Positions 41,956 to 51,465 of a stretch of DNA of 55,268 nt are shown here, piece after piece (the first letter of the stretch is position 1; each line of letters opens with the position of its first letter). The stretch covers positions 1 to 55,268 of the forward strand of contig JBBQSO010000029.1 of assembly GCA_038213805.1 (NCBI GenBank), written 5' to 3'. The position numbers and the translations under genes were made by a program. The notes under the pieces were generated by a model, which had not been told where the DNA came from, did not search any database, and saw nothing but the letters and a program-made list of their open reading frames with translations. The DNA is from Planctomycetota bacterium. Lineage in GTDB: Bacteria; Planctomycetota; UBA11346.

Positions 41956-43230
41956 TCAGCGCGTCCGCCACAACACCTTCGGCTGCGTATACTCCAGCAC
42001 CGTCTCGAGCGTCCCCTCGCGTCCGCACCCCGACGCCTTCATGCCGCCGTAGGGCAGGCGATCGTCGCGCCGCGACGGGATGTCGTTGACCACCAGCGTG
42101 CCGACGTTGAGCCCCGCGAAAGCGCGGCTGATCACACTGTCATCGTGCGTGTAGATGCCGGCCTGCAGGCCGAACGGGCTGAGCTCGGCGAGGTGGATCG
42201 CGCCGGCGACGTCGCCGTAGCCGTGGATGGTGGCGAGCGGCGCGAAGGCCTCGGTATCGTAGACCCCGGGCGCGACCGCGGGCAGGTTGTCGATCAGGGT
42301 CGGGGCCATCACCAAACCGTCCCACGTGCCACCGCACAGCACTTCGCCGCGCTGCGCGCGGTAGCGTTCGAGCAGGGCGCTGATGCGCTCCTTGGCGGCG
42401 GCGCTGATGACGGGGCCGCAGATGGTGCGCTCGTCCGCGGGGTCGCCGGTCGGCAGGGCGCGGAAGGCGTCGACCAGGGCGGCCTTCCACAAGGGGCGGT
42501 CCTCGGGCACGAAGATGCGCTGCACGCTGATGCACACCTGCCCGGCGTGCGCGCAGGCGCCGAGCGCCACGGCGCGCGCGACCGCGGCGATATCGTCCAC
42601 CTGATGCAGGATGACCGCGGCATTGCCGCCCAGCTCAAGCTGCACCTTGGCGTGGGTGGCCAGCTTCTGCAGCATGCGCCCGACACGGTCCGAACCAGTG
42701 AACGACAGCATCGCCAGGCGCTCGTCCTGGACCAGCGCTGCGACCGCGGCGTCGTCGAGGTGCACGACCTGGACGAAGCCCTCCGGGCAGCCGGCGTCGG
42801 TGAGCAGGCCGAGCGCGCGTTCGGCGACGCCGGGCGCCTGCGGCGAGGGCTTCCACAGCACCGGACAGCCAGCGGCGATCGCCGGGGCGAGTTTGTGCAC
42901 CGCGAGGTTGAGCGGGAAGTTGAACGGCGTCACCGCCAGCACCGGCCCGAGCGGCACGCGGTGGATCTCGGCGGTGCCGTTGGCGTCGAGCCCGAGCGCG
43001 CGCGGCGCGACCAGCTCCATCGCCTGGGCGGTGCCGCGAATGGTGACGATGGCGCGCTCGACCTCGTCCCGCGCCAGGCGGATCGGCTTGCGCGTGGCGG
43101 TGGTGATGAGGCTCGCCATGGCCTCGGCGTGAAGCTGCAGGCGGTCCGCCCAGCGCACCAGCAGGCTGCGCCGTTCGCCGCGCGGCAGGGGATCGACCAG
43201 GGCAAGCGCGGTGGTCAGGGGATCGGCCAT
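41956..43230 (-). CDS. Aldehyde dehydrogenase family protein
   Basis: TPFNFPLN, FTGS, LELGGN, GQVCIS, E.F.P, PYGG.K.SG.GREG. Confidence 0.92.
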   Translation of the reverse strand: MADPLTTALALVDPLPRGERRSLLVRWADRLQLHAEAMASLITTATRKPIRLARDEVERAIVTIRGTAQAMELVAPRALGLDANGTAEIHRVPLGPVLAVTPFNFPLNLAVHKLAPAIAAGCPVLWKPSPQAPGVAERALGLLTDAGCPEGFVQVVHLDDAAVAALVQDERLAMLSFTGSDRVGRMLQKLATHAKVQLELGGNAAVILHQVDDIAAVARAVALGACAHAGQVCISVQRIFVPEDRPLWKAALVDAFRALPTGDPADERTICGPVISAAAKERISALLERYRAQRGEVLCGGTWDGLVMAPTLIDNLPAVAPGVYDTEAFAPLATIHGYGDVAGAIHLAELSPFGLQAGIYTHDDSVISRAFAGLNVGTLVVNDIPSRRDDRLPYGGMKASGCGREGTLETVLEYTQPKVLWRTR

Positions 43231-43380
43231 GGCCGGCCACCTTGGCGACCCGGCCCCACGAGGCAACGTGGCGCGCGGGCCAGTGTCTGCAGTGTGGTTG
43301 AGCCATGCACACCGCACGACGCCGCAGCGCGCCGCGGCCTTGCGCCTTGCCGCCCCCGGGGAAGGCGCATGAATGCCGCC

Positions 43381-43647
43381 ATGACCGACGCCGCCCATGC
43401 CGTGCCCGACGCGACCTTCCTCAACTTCCTCAGCGGCCTGGCCTCGCAGGCGCTCATGCAGTTCGGCGAAATCCCCAACCCGCTCAGTGGCGCGCGCACC
43501 GCCAACCTGCCCTATGCCCGCTACACGCTGCAGCTGGTCGAGGTGCTGGCCGCCAAGACCGCCGGTAACCGCACGGCGGAAGAGGACGAGTACCTGACCA
43601 CGCTGCTCGCCGACCTGCGTCGCCGTCTGCAGCTCGCAGGGGGCTGA
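43381..43647 (+). CDS. DUF1844 family protein
   Basis: F..FL.GLA.QAL..FG.IPNP...NL..AR.T...L..KT.GN.T.EE; alternative start 43369. Confidence 0.8.
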   Translation: MTDAAHAVPDATFLNFLSGLASQALMQFGEIPNPLSGARTANLPYARYTLQLVEVLAAKTAGNRTAEEDEYLTTLLADLRRRLQLAGG

Positions 43648-43790
43648 TCGACGACGGTCGCCCCTTGCTGCGCATGGGGGTTATGGCTTCCCGCACGGTG
43701 CCGACCAGGCTGGCGGCTGGTGCGCGAAATCGGTTGTGTCCAAGGCGATGCTTGGATGCTCGCGCGCTCACCGGATTCCTGGGAGCGTGC

Positions 43791-45737
43791 ATGCGCCTGT
43801 CCATCGTGGTCCTGATCGCCGCCGTCTGGGCGCTGCGCCTCGGCGCCGCCGAGGATGCTGGCGCGCCCGCTCCGGTGGTGGTCGCGCCGCCGGCTCCTGC
43901 GGTGGTCCCGCCCTCCGCTGAGCCCGTGACCACGCCACCCGCGACCGCGGCGTCCGTCCCGGTGCCCAAGCCCATCGCCAAGTTGCCTGAATCGCCGGTA
44001 ACTGGCACGCCTCCCGCAGCATCGCCGTTCGCAGTGGTGCACTTGAGCAACGACCTGGCCGATGCCGAGCTCTCGACCATGCTCGGGTCGGTCACCACCT
44101 TCAGCCTGCGGCAGACCCATCCGATCCAGCTGCCCAAGTGGCAGGAGAAGCGCCTGCGCGAATTGGGCATCGCGGTCCCCGACCACGATGCGCCGCTTGC
44201 GGTCCTGGACGACTTCCATCCTCCCGGTGTCAACGGCCGCGGCGCGGGCAACCACAACTGCGTCATCGGCCTAGGACTGCCGGACGATCCGCCGCCTTGG
44301 AAAGTGGTCCACGCAGATACCAGCGCCGCCACCTTCGAGTATCTCGACGCGGATCGTCACCTGACGTTGCGCATGGATTACCAGCTGCCGGCCGGGAAGA
44401 CCGAGCTTGAGACCCGGCTGACGGTGGCCAACACCGGGATCGGCGACGTCACCATCCAGCCGATCGTCTTCCCCTTGAACGGCCTCCACCAGGACGAGGC
44501 GCGCAGCGATGCTCCCTACCTGACCGTCGCCTACCACGCGGGCGGGTCCACCGGGTCGCAGACCTCACTTGGCATGCCGGATCCCCTCACCGGTTCGGCC
44601 ACGCACGCAGTGGCGGTGCCCAGCGCCAATCTCGACTACGTCTGCCTCAAGAGCCGCTTCTTCGCCGCGATGTGGGCGCCGGGCCCGGTGGCGTTCACCG
44701 GCGGCGCGCCCACGTCGGCACCAAAGACAGCGCCACAGGTCGGCCCTGAGGCCACTGCGTCGGCTGCGGCCACCACCGGCTCGGGCACCGAACTCGACGT
44801 CCGCACCGTCGGCTTCCAAATGGCCGAGAACCATGGCGACGCCCACCAGGCGTACATTCGCGCCTCGTACACCGCCGCTGGCCGCAAGGACTTGATCCTG
44901 CACCCCGGCGAGACCCTGACCATCCCCTGGCGCATCGTCATCACCAGCATGTCCCGCGAGAGCTTGGCACGGCTCTCCGAGACTGAACGCAAGGTCGAGT
45001 ACACCGACTGGTACTACCGCTTCTTCAGCCTGCTCGCCAAGATCCTGACCTACAGTCTCGCCGCGGTGGTCGCGGTAGTGCGCAACTACGGCGTCGCCCT
45101 GCTCATCCTCACCCTGCTGCTCAAGCTGGCGCTGCACCGCACCACCTTCAAGCAGCAGGAGAGCATGATGAAGATGCAGAAGCTGCAGCCGGAGATGAAG
45201 CGCCTGCAGGAGGAGTACCGCAACGACCGCACGAAGCTTGGCGCCAAGACCATGGAACTGTACAAAAAGCACGGCGTCAGCCCGCTCAGCGGCTGCCTGC
45301 CGATCTTCATCCAGATCCCGGTGTTCACCGCGCTCTACCTCGCCTTCAGCCACAGTGCCGACATGCGCGGCCAGTCCTTCCTGTGGATCAACGACCTGAC
45401 CCTGCCCGACAATCTGATCTGGCTCGGCTTCGCCTATCCCGCCTGGATGCCCTTCGTCGGCGGCTCGCTGGCGACGGTCAACCCGCTGCCACTGATCTAC
45501 ATCTGCGTCACGGTGTGGATGAGCATGTCGCAGAAGATGCCCAGCGGCGGCGACCCGCAGCAGGAGCAGATGATGAAGACCATGCGCTGGCTGCCGGTGG
45601 TGTTCGGCGTGATCTTCTACGGCATGCCCTCGGGCCTGGTGCTGTACTTCACCGCCAACGCCGTGCTCTCGACCATCGAGATCAAGATGGTGAAGCGCAA
45701 GCTGGGCATCGACAGCAAGCCGGCAGTCAGCAAGTAG
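43791..45737 (+). CDS. yidC: Membrane protein insertase YidC
   Basis: NYGVALLILT, SM.KMQKLQP, ELYKKHGVSPLSGCLP..IQIP, FLWI.DL..PD, PSGLVLY. Confidence 0.93.
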   Translation: MRLSIVVLIAAVWALRLGAAEDAGAPAPVVVAPPAPAVVPPSAEPVTTPPATAASVPVPKPIAKLPESPVTGTPPAASPFAVVHLSNDLADAELSTMLGSVTTFSLRQTHPIQLPKWQEKRLRELGIAVPDHDAPLAVLDDFHPPGVNGRGAGNHNCVIGLGLPDDPPPWKVVHADTSAATFEYLDADRHLTLRMDYQLPAGKTELETRLTVANTGIGDVTIQPIVFPLNGLHQDEARSDAPYLTVAYHAGGSTGSQTSLGMPDPLTGSATHAVAVPSANLDYVCLKSRFFAAMWAPGPVAFTGGAPTSAPKTAPQVGPEATASAAATTGSGTELDVRTVGFQMAENHGDAHQAYIRASYTAAGRKDLILHPGETLTIPWRIVITSMSRESLARLSETERKVEYTDWYYRFFSLLAKILTYSLAAVVAVVRNYGVALLILTLLLKLALHRTTFKQQESMMKMQKLQPEMKRLQEEYRNDRTKLGAKTMELYKKHGVSPLSGCLPIFIQIPVFTALYLAFSHSADMRGQSFLWINDLTLPDNLIWLGFAYPAWMPFVGGSLATVNPLPLIYICVTVWMSMSQKMPSGGDPQQEQMMKTMRWLPVVFGVIFYGMPSGLVLYFTANAVLSTIEIKMVKRKLGIDSKPAVSK

Positions 45738-45810
45738 GGTGCCCACGGGGCGGCTCGCGAGCGGCGGGGTGAGTCACCGCGAAGGTCCACCGCTTGCACT
45801 CCTCAGCGCC

Positions 45811-47085
45811 GTGGACCACCCGACCATCGCCGCCTGCGCCACGCCGGTGGGCGGCCACAGCGCGATCATCCGCCTGAGCGGTCCCGCGGCCGGCGTCATC
45901 GCCGCGCGCGCCGGTCTGAGCCTGCCGGCACCGTGGCAGGCCCTGTCGTCGGCGTGGGCGCTGCCAGCCGGCGATTGCCCGTGCCGCGTCCTGTTCGCCC
46001 CCGGGCCACGCAGCTTCACCGGCACCGACCTGGTCGAGATCACCCTGCCGGGCGCCGCCGACCTCATCGCGTTCGCGCTGGAGGCGCTGCTCGCCGCGGG
46101 AGCGCAGGCCGCCGCAGCCGGCGCCTTCACGCGCCAGGCGCTCGCCAACGGGCGCCTCGGCCTGGACCAGGCGGAGGCGATCCTCGCCCTGGTCCAGGCG
46201 CCCGACGCGGCCGCGGCCGCGCAGGCCCTGGCGCGCCTGCGCGGCGCACTCGGCGCCGAGCTGGCGCAGGTGCGCGACGAATTGATCGGCGCGCGCGCCC
46301 TGGTCGAAGCCGGGCTCGACTTCGTCGACGAGGCCGACGTGCGCGCCTACGATCCGCCCGCGCTGCGCGCCCGCTGCCAGGCCATGCACGCCGTCCTGGC
46401 GCGCTGGCGGATCGCCGCCGACGCGCTCGAGGCGCGCCCGACGGTAGTGCTGGTCGGACCGGCCAACGCCGGCAAGTCGGCGCTGTTCAACCGCCTGGTC
46501 GGTGATGCCGCGTCCCCTGCGCTGGTCAGCGCGCAGCCAGGCACCACGCGCGACTGGCTCGACGGAGAGTGGGATGCAGCCGGGCGGAGCGTGCGCCTGG
46601 TCGATACCGCCGGCTGGCTGGACGGCGCCGCCAGCCTCGACCAGCAGGCCATTGCCGCCGGCGCCGCCGCCCTCGCTGGCGCCGCCCTGGTGCTGGCCTG
46701 CTCCGCCCCGGACGCACGCCTGTCCGCGCTGCCGGAATCGCTGCCGGCGGAGCGCACGCTGATCATCGCCACCAAGCACGATCTCGGCCCGGCCGATGCG
46801 CGCGCCGTGCACGCGCTCAGCGCCGCCACTGGCGCCGGTATCGCGCAACTCGCCGGCCTGGTCGCCGCCCGCCTCGGCGGCACCGCTGCGGGCGAACCCC
46901 GCCAGCAGCGCCTGCTGGCCGCCGCCGACGAGCTGCTCATCGCACTGACGCACCGCCTGCCACCCGACGAGCTGCTCGCCGATGATTTGCGCCGCGCCGG
47001 CGACCTGCTCGGAGAACTGCTCGGCGCGACCACCACCGACGATGTGCTTGAGGCCATCTTCAGCAGGTTCTGCATCGGCAAGTGA
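45811..47085 (+). CDS. mnmE: tRNA modification GTPase MnmE
   Basis: IRLSG, P.SFTG.D.VEI, GPANAGKS, GTTRD, DTAG, C-term IFSRFCIGK; follows yidC. Confidence 0.9.
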   Translation: MDHPTIAACATPVGGHSAIIRLSGPAAGVIAARAGLSLPAPWQALSSAWALPAGDCPCRVLFAPGPRSFTGTDLVEITLPGAADLIAFALEALLAAGAQAAAAGAFTRQALANGRLGLDQAEAILALVQAPDAAAAAQALARLRGALGAELAQVRDELIGARALVEAGLDFVDEADVRAYDPPALRARCQAMHAVLARWRIAADALEARPTVVLVGPANAGKSALFNRLVGDAASPALVSAQPGTTRDWLDGEWDAAGRSVRLVDTAGWLDGAASLDQQAIAAGAAALAGAALVLACSAPDARLSALPESLPAERTLIIATKHDLGPADARAVHALSAATGAGIAQLAGLVAARLGGTAAGEPRQQRLLAAADELLIALTHRLPPDELLADDLRRAGDLLGELLGATTTDDVLEAIFSRFCIGK

Positions 47086-47100
47086 AGGCGCCCGCCCCGC

Positions 47101-47604
47101 TCAGAACCAGGTCGTGAACGACATGCTCATGCTGAAGGTCTGCGCCCACAGGTCGGGGTGGCGCATCACGTCGTTGCCGACCATCAGCTCGACCAGGCGG
47201 TCCTGGTTCTCGCCGAAACGCAGGGTGGGGCGGTCGAAGGCCACCGTGCCGGCGCGCTCGCTGGCGGTCAGCGGCGCCGCGCTGACGCGCACGCCGACGG
47301 CGATGGTGCGACGCGAGTTGAAGGCGCTGAGCGGGATGTCGAGGCCGAGGCTGACACCGGTACCGACCTCGCCGGTGTCGCCGGCGTAGATCTCGGGCCG
47401 CACCAGCAGCCGAAACGGGGACAGGCCCAGGTGACGGTTGAATTCCAGTGCGGCACCCGGACGCAGGGCCGAGCGGTCTCCGACCACGTCGCCGAGGATG
47501 TGCGAGACCTGCTGATCGAGCTCGCGCTCGGCCGCCATCGCCTGTCGACAGGCCAACAACATGACCAGCAAAGCGCCCAGCCGGATTGCGCGCGACATGC
47601 TCAT
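47101..47604 (-). CDS. Exported hypothetical protein, possible small outer-membrane beta protein
   Basis: Signal peptide; alternating beta strands; terminal WF. Confidence 0.55.
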   Translation of the reverse strand: MSMSRAIRLGALLVMLLACRQAMAAERELDQQVSHILGDVVGDRSALRPGAALEFNRHLGLSPFRLLVRPEIYAGDTGEVGTGVSLGLDIPLSAFNSRRTIAVGVRVSAAPLTASERAGTVAFDRPTLRFGENQDRLVELMVGNDVMRHPDLWAQTFSMSMSFTTWF

Positions 47605-47725
47605 CGCGCCTCCTTCCCGGGCGCCGCGGGACCATTCCCGCGAACCCGCACAGCGTAACCCCCCGGGGATGCCCCGCCCGCGAAAACCCGGACCCCCTGG
47701 GCAATCGCGCCGCATCGTCGCGCAC

Positions 47726-48862
47726 TCATGGCAGTGCCAACAGCGCACGCACCTCGCGCACATAGGCGGTGGCGAAATCCTCAAGCTCGGCCGCGGTAGT
47801 GGTGCCGCCGATCGACACGCGCACCACGCTGCGCGCCAGGTCGGCAGGCAGACCAAGCGCGGCCACCACATGGCTGGGCTCGCCGCGCAGCGCCATGCAC
47901 GCCGCCCCGCTCGACACCGCGCAGCCGGCGAGGTCGAGGCGCACCACCAGCGGTTCGCTGCGCACCCCGGGATGCACCAGGCTCATGGTGCCGGGCAGGC
48001 GCTCAGCCTCGTGCGCCAGCCAGCGCGCCTGCGGCAGCGCGGCGCTGATCCGCGTCCAGGCCCCGGCGAGCAGTGCGCGTTCGCGCACGTCCTCGGCCGC
48101 GGCCCCGGTCGCGGCCTCGGCCAATGCCGCAGCGAGCGCCGCAGCGTTGGCGGCGTCCTCGGTGCCCGAGCGCCGGTCCTGCTGCTGGCGGCCGCCCGCG
48201 ATCAGCGGCGGCACGCGCCGGCCATTGCGGGCATAGAGCACGCCGCAGCCCTTGGGTGCGCCGAACTTGTGCCCGGCGATGCTGGCGAAATCCACGCCCA
48301 GCGCGCCAAGGTCGAGCGCGGCCTTGCCGGCGCCCTGGCAGCAATCGAGCAGCAGCGCCGCCCCCGGCGCGGCGGCGCGCAGCGCCGCGACCAGCCCCGC
48401 CACATCCTGGCGCGTGCCGAGCTCGTTGTTGGCGAACTGCGCGCAGGCCAGGCGCGTGCGCGGCCCCGCGGCGGCGGCCAGGGTCGCGGGCGCAAGCCGG
48501 CCGGCGGCATCGACCGGCAGGGTGCGCAGCGTGCAGCGTTCCTGCTGGGCGGCATTGCGCAGCACCGAGCTGTGCTCAATCGCGCTCGCCAGGACCTCCC
48601 CCTCCTCCGCGCCATGGCAGGCGGCGTGGATGGCCAGGGCGTTGGCCTCGCTGCCGCCGCTGGTCAGCACCAGTTCATGCGCCTGGCACCCGAGCGTGCG
48701 GGCGAGCGCACTGCGCGCCGCGTCGAGCGCCGCCCGGGCGCGCTGGCCGGCGGCGTGCACCGAGCCGGGGTTGCCCCAAGCCGCGTCCTGGGCCGCCAGC
48801 CAGGCTGCGCGCGCCACCGCGCGCAGCGGCGCCGTGGCGTTGTGATCAAGGTAGGCCGGCAT
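47726..48862 (-). CDS. Cysteine desulfurase (IscS/NifS family)
   Basis: YLDHNAT.P, GNP.S.H, TSGGSEAN, ANNE.G, HKFGAPKG, SSGAAC. Confidence 0.92.
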   Translation of the reverse strand: MPAYLDHNATAPLRAVARAAWLAAQDAAWGNPGSVHAAGQRARAALDAARSALARTLGCQAHELVLTSGGSEANALAIHAACHGAEEGEVLASAIEHSSVLRNAAQQERCTLRTLPVDAAGRLAPATLAAAAGPRTRLACAQFANNELGTRQDVAGLVAALRAAAPGAALLLDCCQGAGKAALDLGALGVDFASIAGHKFGAPKGCGVLYARNGRRVPPLIAGGRQQQDRRSGTEDAANAAALAAALAEAATGAAAEDVRERALLAGAWTRISAALPQARWLAHEAERLPGTMSLVHPGVRSEPLVVRLDLAGCAVSSGAACMALRGEPSHVVAALGLPADLARSVVRVSIGGTTTAAELEDFATAYVREVRALLALP

Positions 48863-48994
48863 GGGGGGCAGTGTCGGCGGCCGACCGGCCAGTCCACGAC
48901 CATGCGCACGGGTGGCCGGGCGATTGCTGGCCTCCACCGCCCGGCGCCCTAGGCTGCCCGCGCCGCTGACCCCCTCCCGCACCTGGAAATCCCC

Positions 48995-49807
48995 ATGGCC
49001 ATCCCTCGCCTCGCCTTCGCAACCCTCCTCGCCACCGCTTGCGCAGCGTCCCTCCACGCCGCGGAACAGGACGCCGCACCGCCCCTGGAGGCGGCCGAGC
49101 CCATCCCCACGGGCGATGGCCTGTTCGCGCGCACCGGCCTCGACCCGACCCGGGTCACCACCGCCGTGGGCGGACGGTACCAAGTCGCCACGAACGATTT
49201 CAATGGTTCGGATGGGACCGCGGAAGTGCTCAAGGGCTCCTTCGCGTGGAACGACCTCTCGGTGGCCGCCACCGTGCCCGCGCTGGTGCGCGTCAACCCC
49301 GGTGCCGGCAGCACCGAGCACGGCTTCGGCGACATCGGTCTGCGCGGCGAGTACGCGCAGCGCGTGAACGCGCAGCTCTATGGCGCGCTCGGCCTCGACG
49401 TGACGCTCAACACCGCCGAGAAGGACGTGCTGGGCGGCAACGCCACCATCATCGCCCCCTTCGTCGCGCTCTCCTTCGAGCGCAACGTCAAGGAACGCTG
49501 GCTGCTCGAGATCCACTACTCCACCGATGTCGCCCGCGAGGACGGCACGGTACCGCACACCCGGCTGCTCGAGGGCCGCCTGGGCTGGCTGCGCGACCTT
49601 GGCCACGGCTTCGTCGCCAAGCTCGAGGCGCGGCCGTCCTACGACGACGAGCGCCAGCACACCGGCCTGGCCGCGTTCGGCGCGATCAGCAAACTCATCG
49701 ATGGACACAGCGCGCTGTCGGTGGACATCCTGCAGCCCATCGACCGTGACAACCGCCATGCCTTCGGCTGGCAGTTCGCGCTGGAGTACCGCTACAACTG
49801 CTTCTGA
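48995..49807 (+). CDS. Putative outer-membrane beta-barrel protein
   Basis: Signal peptide; GFGDI motif; amphipathic strands; terminal YRYNCF. Confidence 0.65.
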   Translation: MAIPRLAFATLLATACAASLHAAEQDAAPPLEAAEPIPTGDGLFARTGLDPTRVTTAVGGRYQVATNDFNGSDGTAEVLKGSFAWNDLSVAATVPALVRVNPGAGSTEHGFGDIGLRGEYAQRVNAQLYGALGLDVTLNTAEKDVLGGNATIIAPFVALSFERNVKERWLLEIHYSTDVAREDGTVPHTRLLEGRLGWLRDLGHGFVAKLEARPSYDDERQHTGLAAFGAISKLIDGHSALSVDILQPIDRDNRHAFGWQFALEYRYNCF

Positions 49808-49934
49808 ACCACCGGCGCCGGCTGACCGACCGCAGCCTGACGCCCGCCGCGCTTACCGGCGGCGGGCCCGGGCCCAGCTTCGTTGGCCTGCCGGCGGCGC
49901 CAACCGGCCTCACCGCTCGCGATGGAGCACCGCC

Positions 49935-50369
49935 ATGGACAGCGCGCGCCACATCCTGCACCTCGACGACAATCCCGCCGACCTCGAGCTGGTGCGTCTC
50001 GCCGTAGCCGAAGGCGGCCACCGCGATATCGTGGTCGACAGCGTGAGCAGTCCGCAAGCGGCCCTGGCGCGCATCGCCGCCGGACCGACGCCGGAACTGA
50101 TCATCTGCGACCTACGCCTGCCCGACAGCGATGGCATGAAGTTCATCCAACGTCTGCACCGGCTGCCGGCGCTCGCGCGCGTCTCCGTGATCCTGCTCAC
50201 TGGCGTGCAGTCGGCCGAGGCGCCGCGCGACCAGCCCTTTGTCGCCGGCATCTACCACAAGCCACCGGTGTGGGCGGAGCTCGTCGCGTTGATGACCGAC
50301 CTGGTGCGGCGCTTCCTGCCCCCGCGCGAGGTCGTGGTCATGCCTGGGCGCACCCGCACCGACCACTGA
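49935..50369 (+). CDS. Single-domain response regulator
   Basis: ILHLDDN, LIICDLRLP..DG, ILLTG, KP. Confidence 0.85.
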   Translation: MDSARHILHLDDNPADLELVRLAVAEGGHRDIVVDSVSSPQAALARIAAGPTPELIICDLRLPDSDGMKFIQRLHRLPALARVSVILLTGVQSAEAPRDQPFVAGIYHKPPVWAELVALMTDLVRRFLPPREVVVMPGRTRTDH

Positions 50370-50376
50370 ATCGGGG

Positions 50377-50551
50377 GGCTGGCGGCTGGCGGCTGGCGGC
50401 GAAAATGACAGCCGACCTCGATGTGTGCTTATTGAACTCACCCCGTGACGGGGAGTCCACGTGCCGATGCCTGACATACGCGCTGTCAGCCATCAGCCAT
50501 CAGCCATCAGCCATCAGCCGTCTGCTGTCAGCCTTCAGCCTTCAGCCTTCC
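50377..50551. repeat. Family A inverted cassette: (GGCTGGC)3 ... 10 in-phase GCCATCA-type units
   Basis: Left arm 50377-50400; right arm 50482-50551, drifting GCCATCA to GCCTTCA; GACAGCC at 50407. Confidence 0.88.
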
Positions 50552-50553
50552 CT

Positions 50554-51465
50554 TCACCGCCCCGCCATCGGAATCACATCGACGGCGACCGCGACGCGGT
50601 GCGCGCCGCCGCCCAGGATCATGCCCTTGATCGGGCTGACGTCACTGAAATCGCGGCCAATGGCCACGGTGATGTGGCGTTCGGCGGGCAGGCAGTCGTT
50701 GGTCGGGTCGAGGTGCACCCAGCCGTCGCCGTGCGTGCCGGCGACGCCGGGGCAGTGCACCGCGGCCCAGGCGTGCGAGGCGTCAGCGCCGACCAGGCGC
50801 TCGACCCCGGGCGGCGGCACGGTCTCAAGGTAGCCACTGACGTAGACCGCCGGCAGGCCGAGCGAGCGCATGCAGCCGATCAGCACCTGCGCGAAGTCCT
50901 GGCAGACGCCGACGCGCCGTTCGAGCACCTCGGCGAGCGTGGTGGTCACCGAGGTCGCGCCCGAGGCGTAGGCGAAGTCGGCGTGGATGCGGTGATTCAG
51001 GTCGATGGCCGCCGCCAGCAGCGGCCGCCCCGGGGTGAACGACGGCGCGGCGTAGGCCGCAAGCTCGACCGCCGTGGGCACCAGCGGCGAGTCGTGCAGG
51101 AACTCCTCCGGCCCGAGCGGCAGGAAGCCGCCCGGCGTGGTGCCGGCGCGCAGGTGGTCGCGCACCTCCTCCCAGGCGGGCGTGGCGGCGGCGTCGGGCG
51201 CCGCCAGGGTGCGCATCTCGACCTCGCTGGTCGCGCGCACCACCAGCTCGCGGTGGTGGTCCTGGACGGTGAAGCTGCCGACGCGGTTGCCGAAGTAGTC
51301 GCGGCGCTCGTGCGACACCGCCGGCCCCGGGCTGACGGTCAGCTCGTGGCGCAGACAGCGCTGGGTGGCGCTGTCGCGCGGCGCGAGGTGCACAACGTTG
51401 TGCGAGACCGCGACCGGCTCGAGATACTGGTACGTGGTGGTGTGGCGGATGCGGTAGCGCATCAC
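50554..51465 (-). CDS. Transglutaminase-like family protein
   Basis: Y.I.H.T.Y.Y, D.FGN, GVCQDFA, YVSGYL, SHAW, DPTN, GRDFSDV.P. Confidence 0.92.
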   Translation of the reverse strand: MMRYRIRHTTTYQYLEPVAVSHNVVHLAPRDSATQRCLRHELTVSPGPAVSHERRDYFGNRVGSFTVQDHHRELVVRATSEVEMRTLAAPDAAATPAWEEVRDHLRAGTTPGGFLPLGPEEFLHDSPLVPTAVELAAYAAPSFTPGRPLLAAAIDLNHRIHADFAYASGATSVTTTLAEVLERRVGVCQDFAQVLIGCMRSLGLPAVYVSGYLETVPPPGVERLVGADASHAWAAVHCPGVAGTHGDGWVHLDPTNDCLPAERHITVAIGRDFSDVSPIKGMILGGGAHRVAVAVDVIPMAGR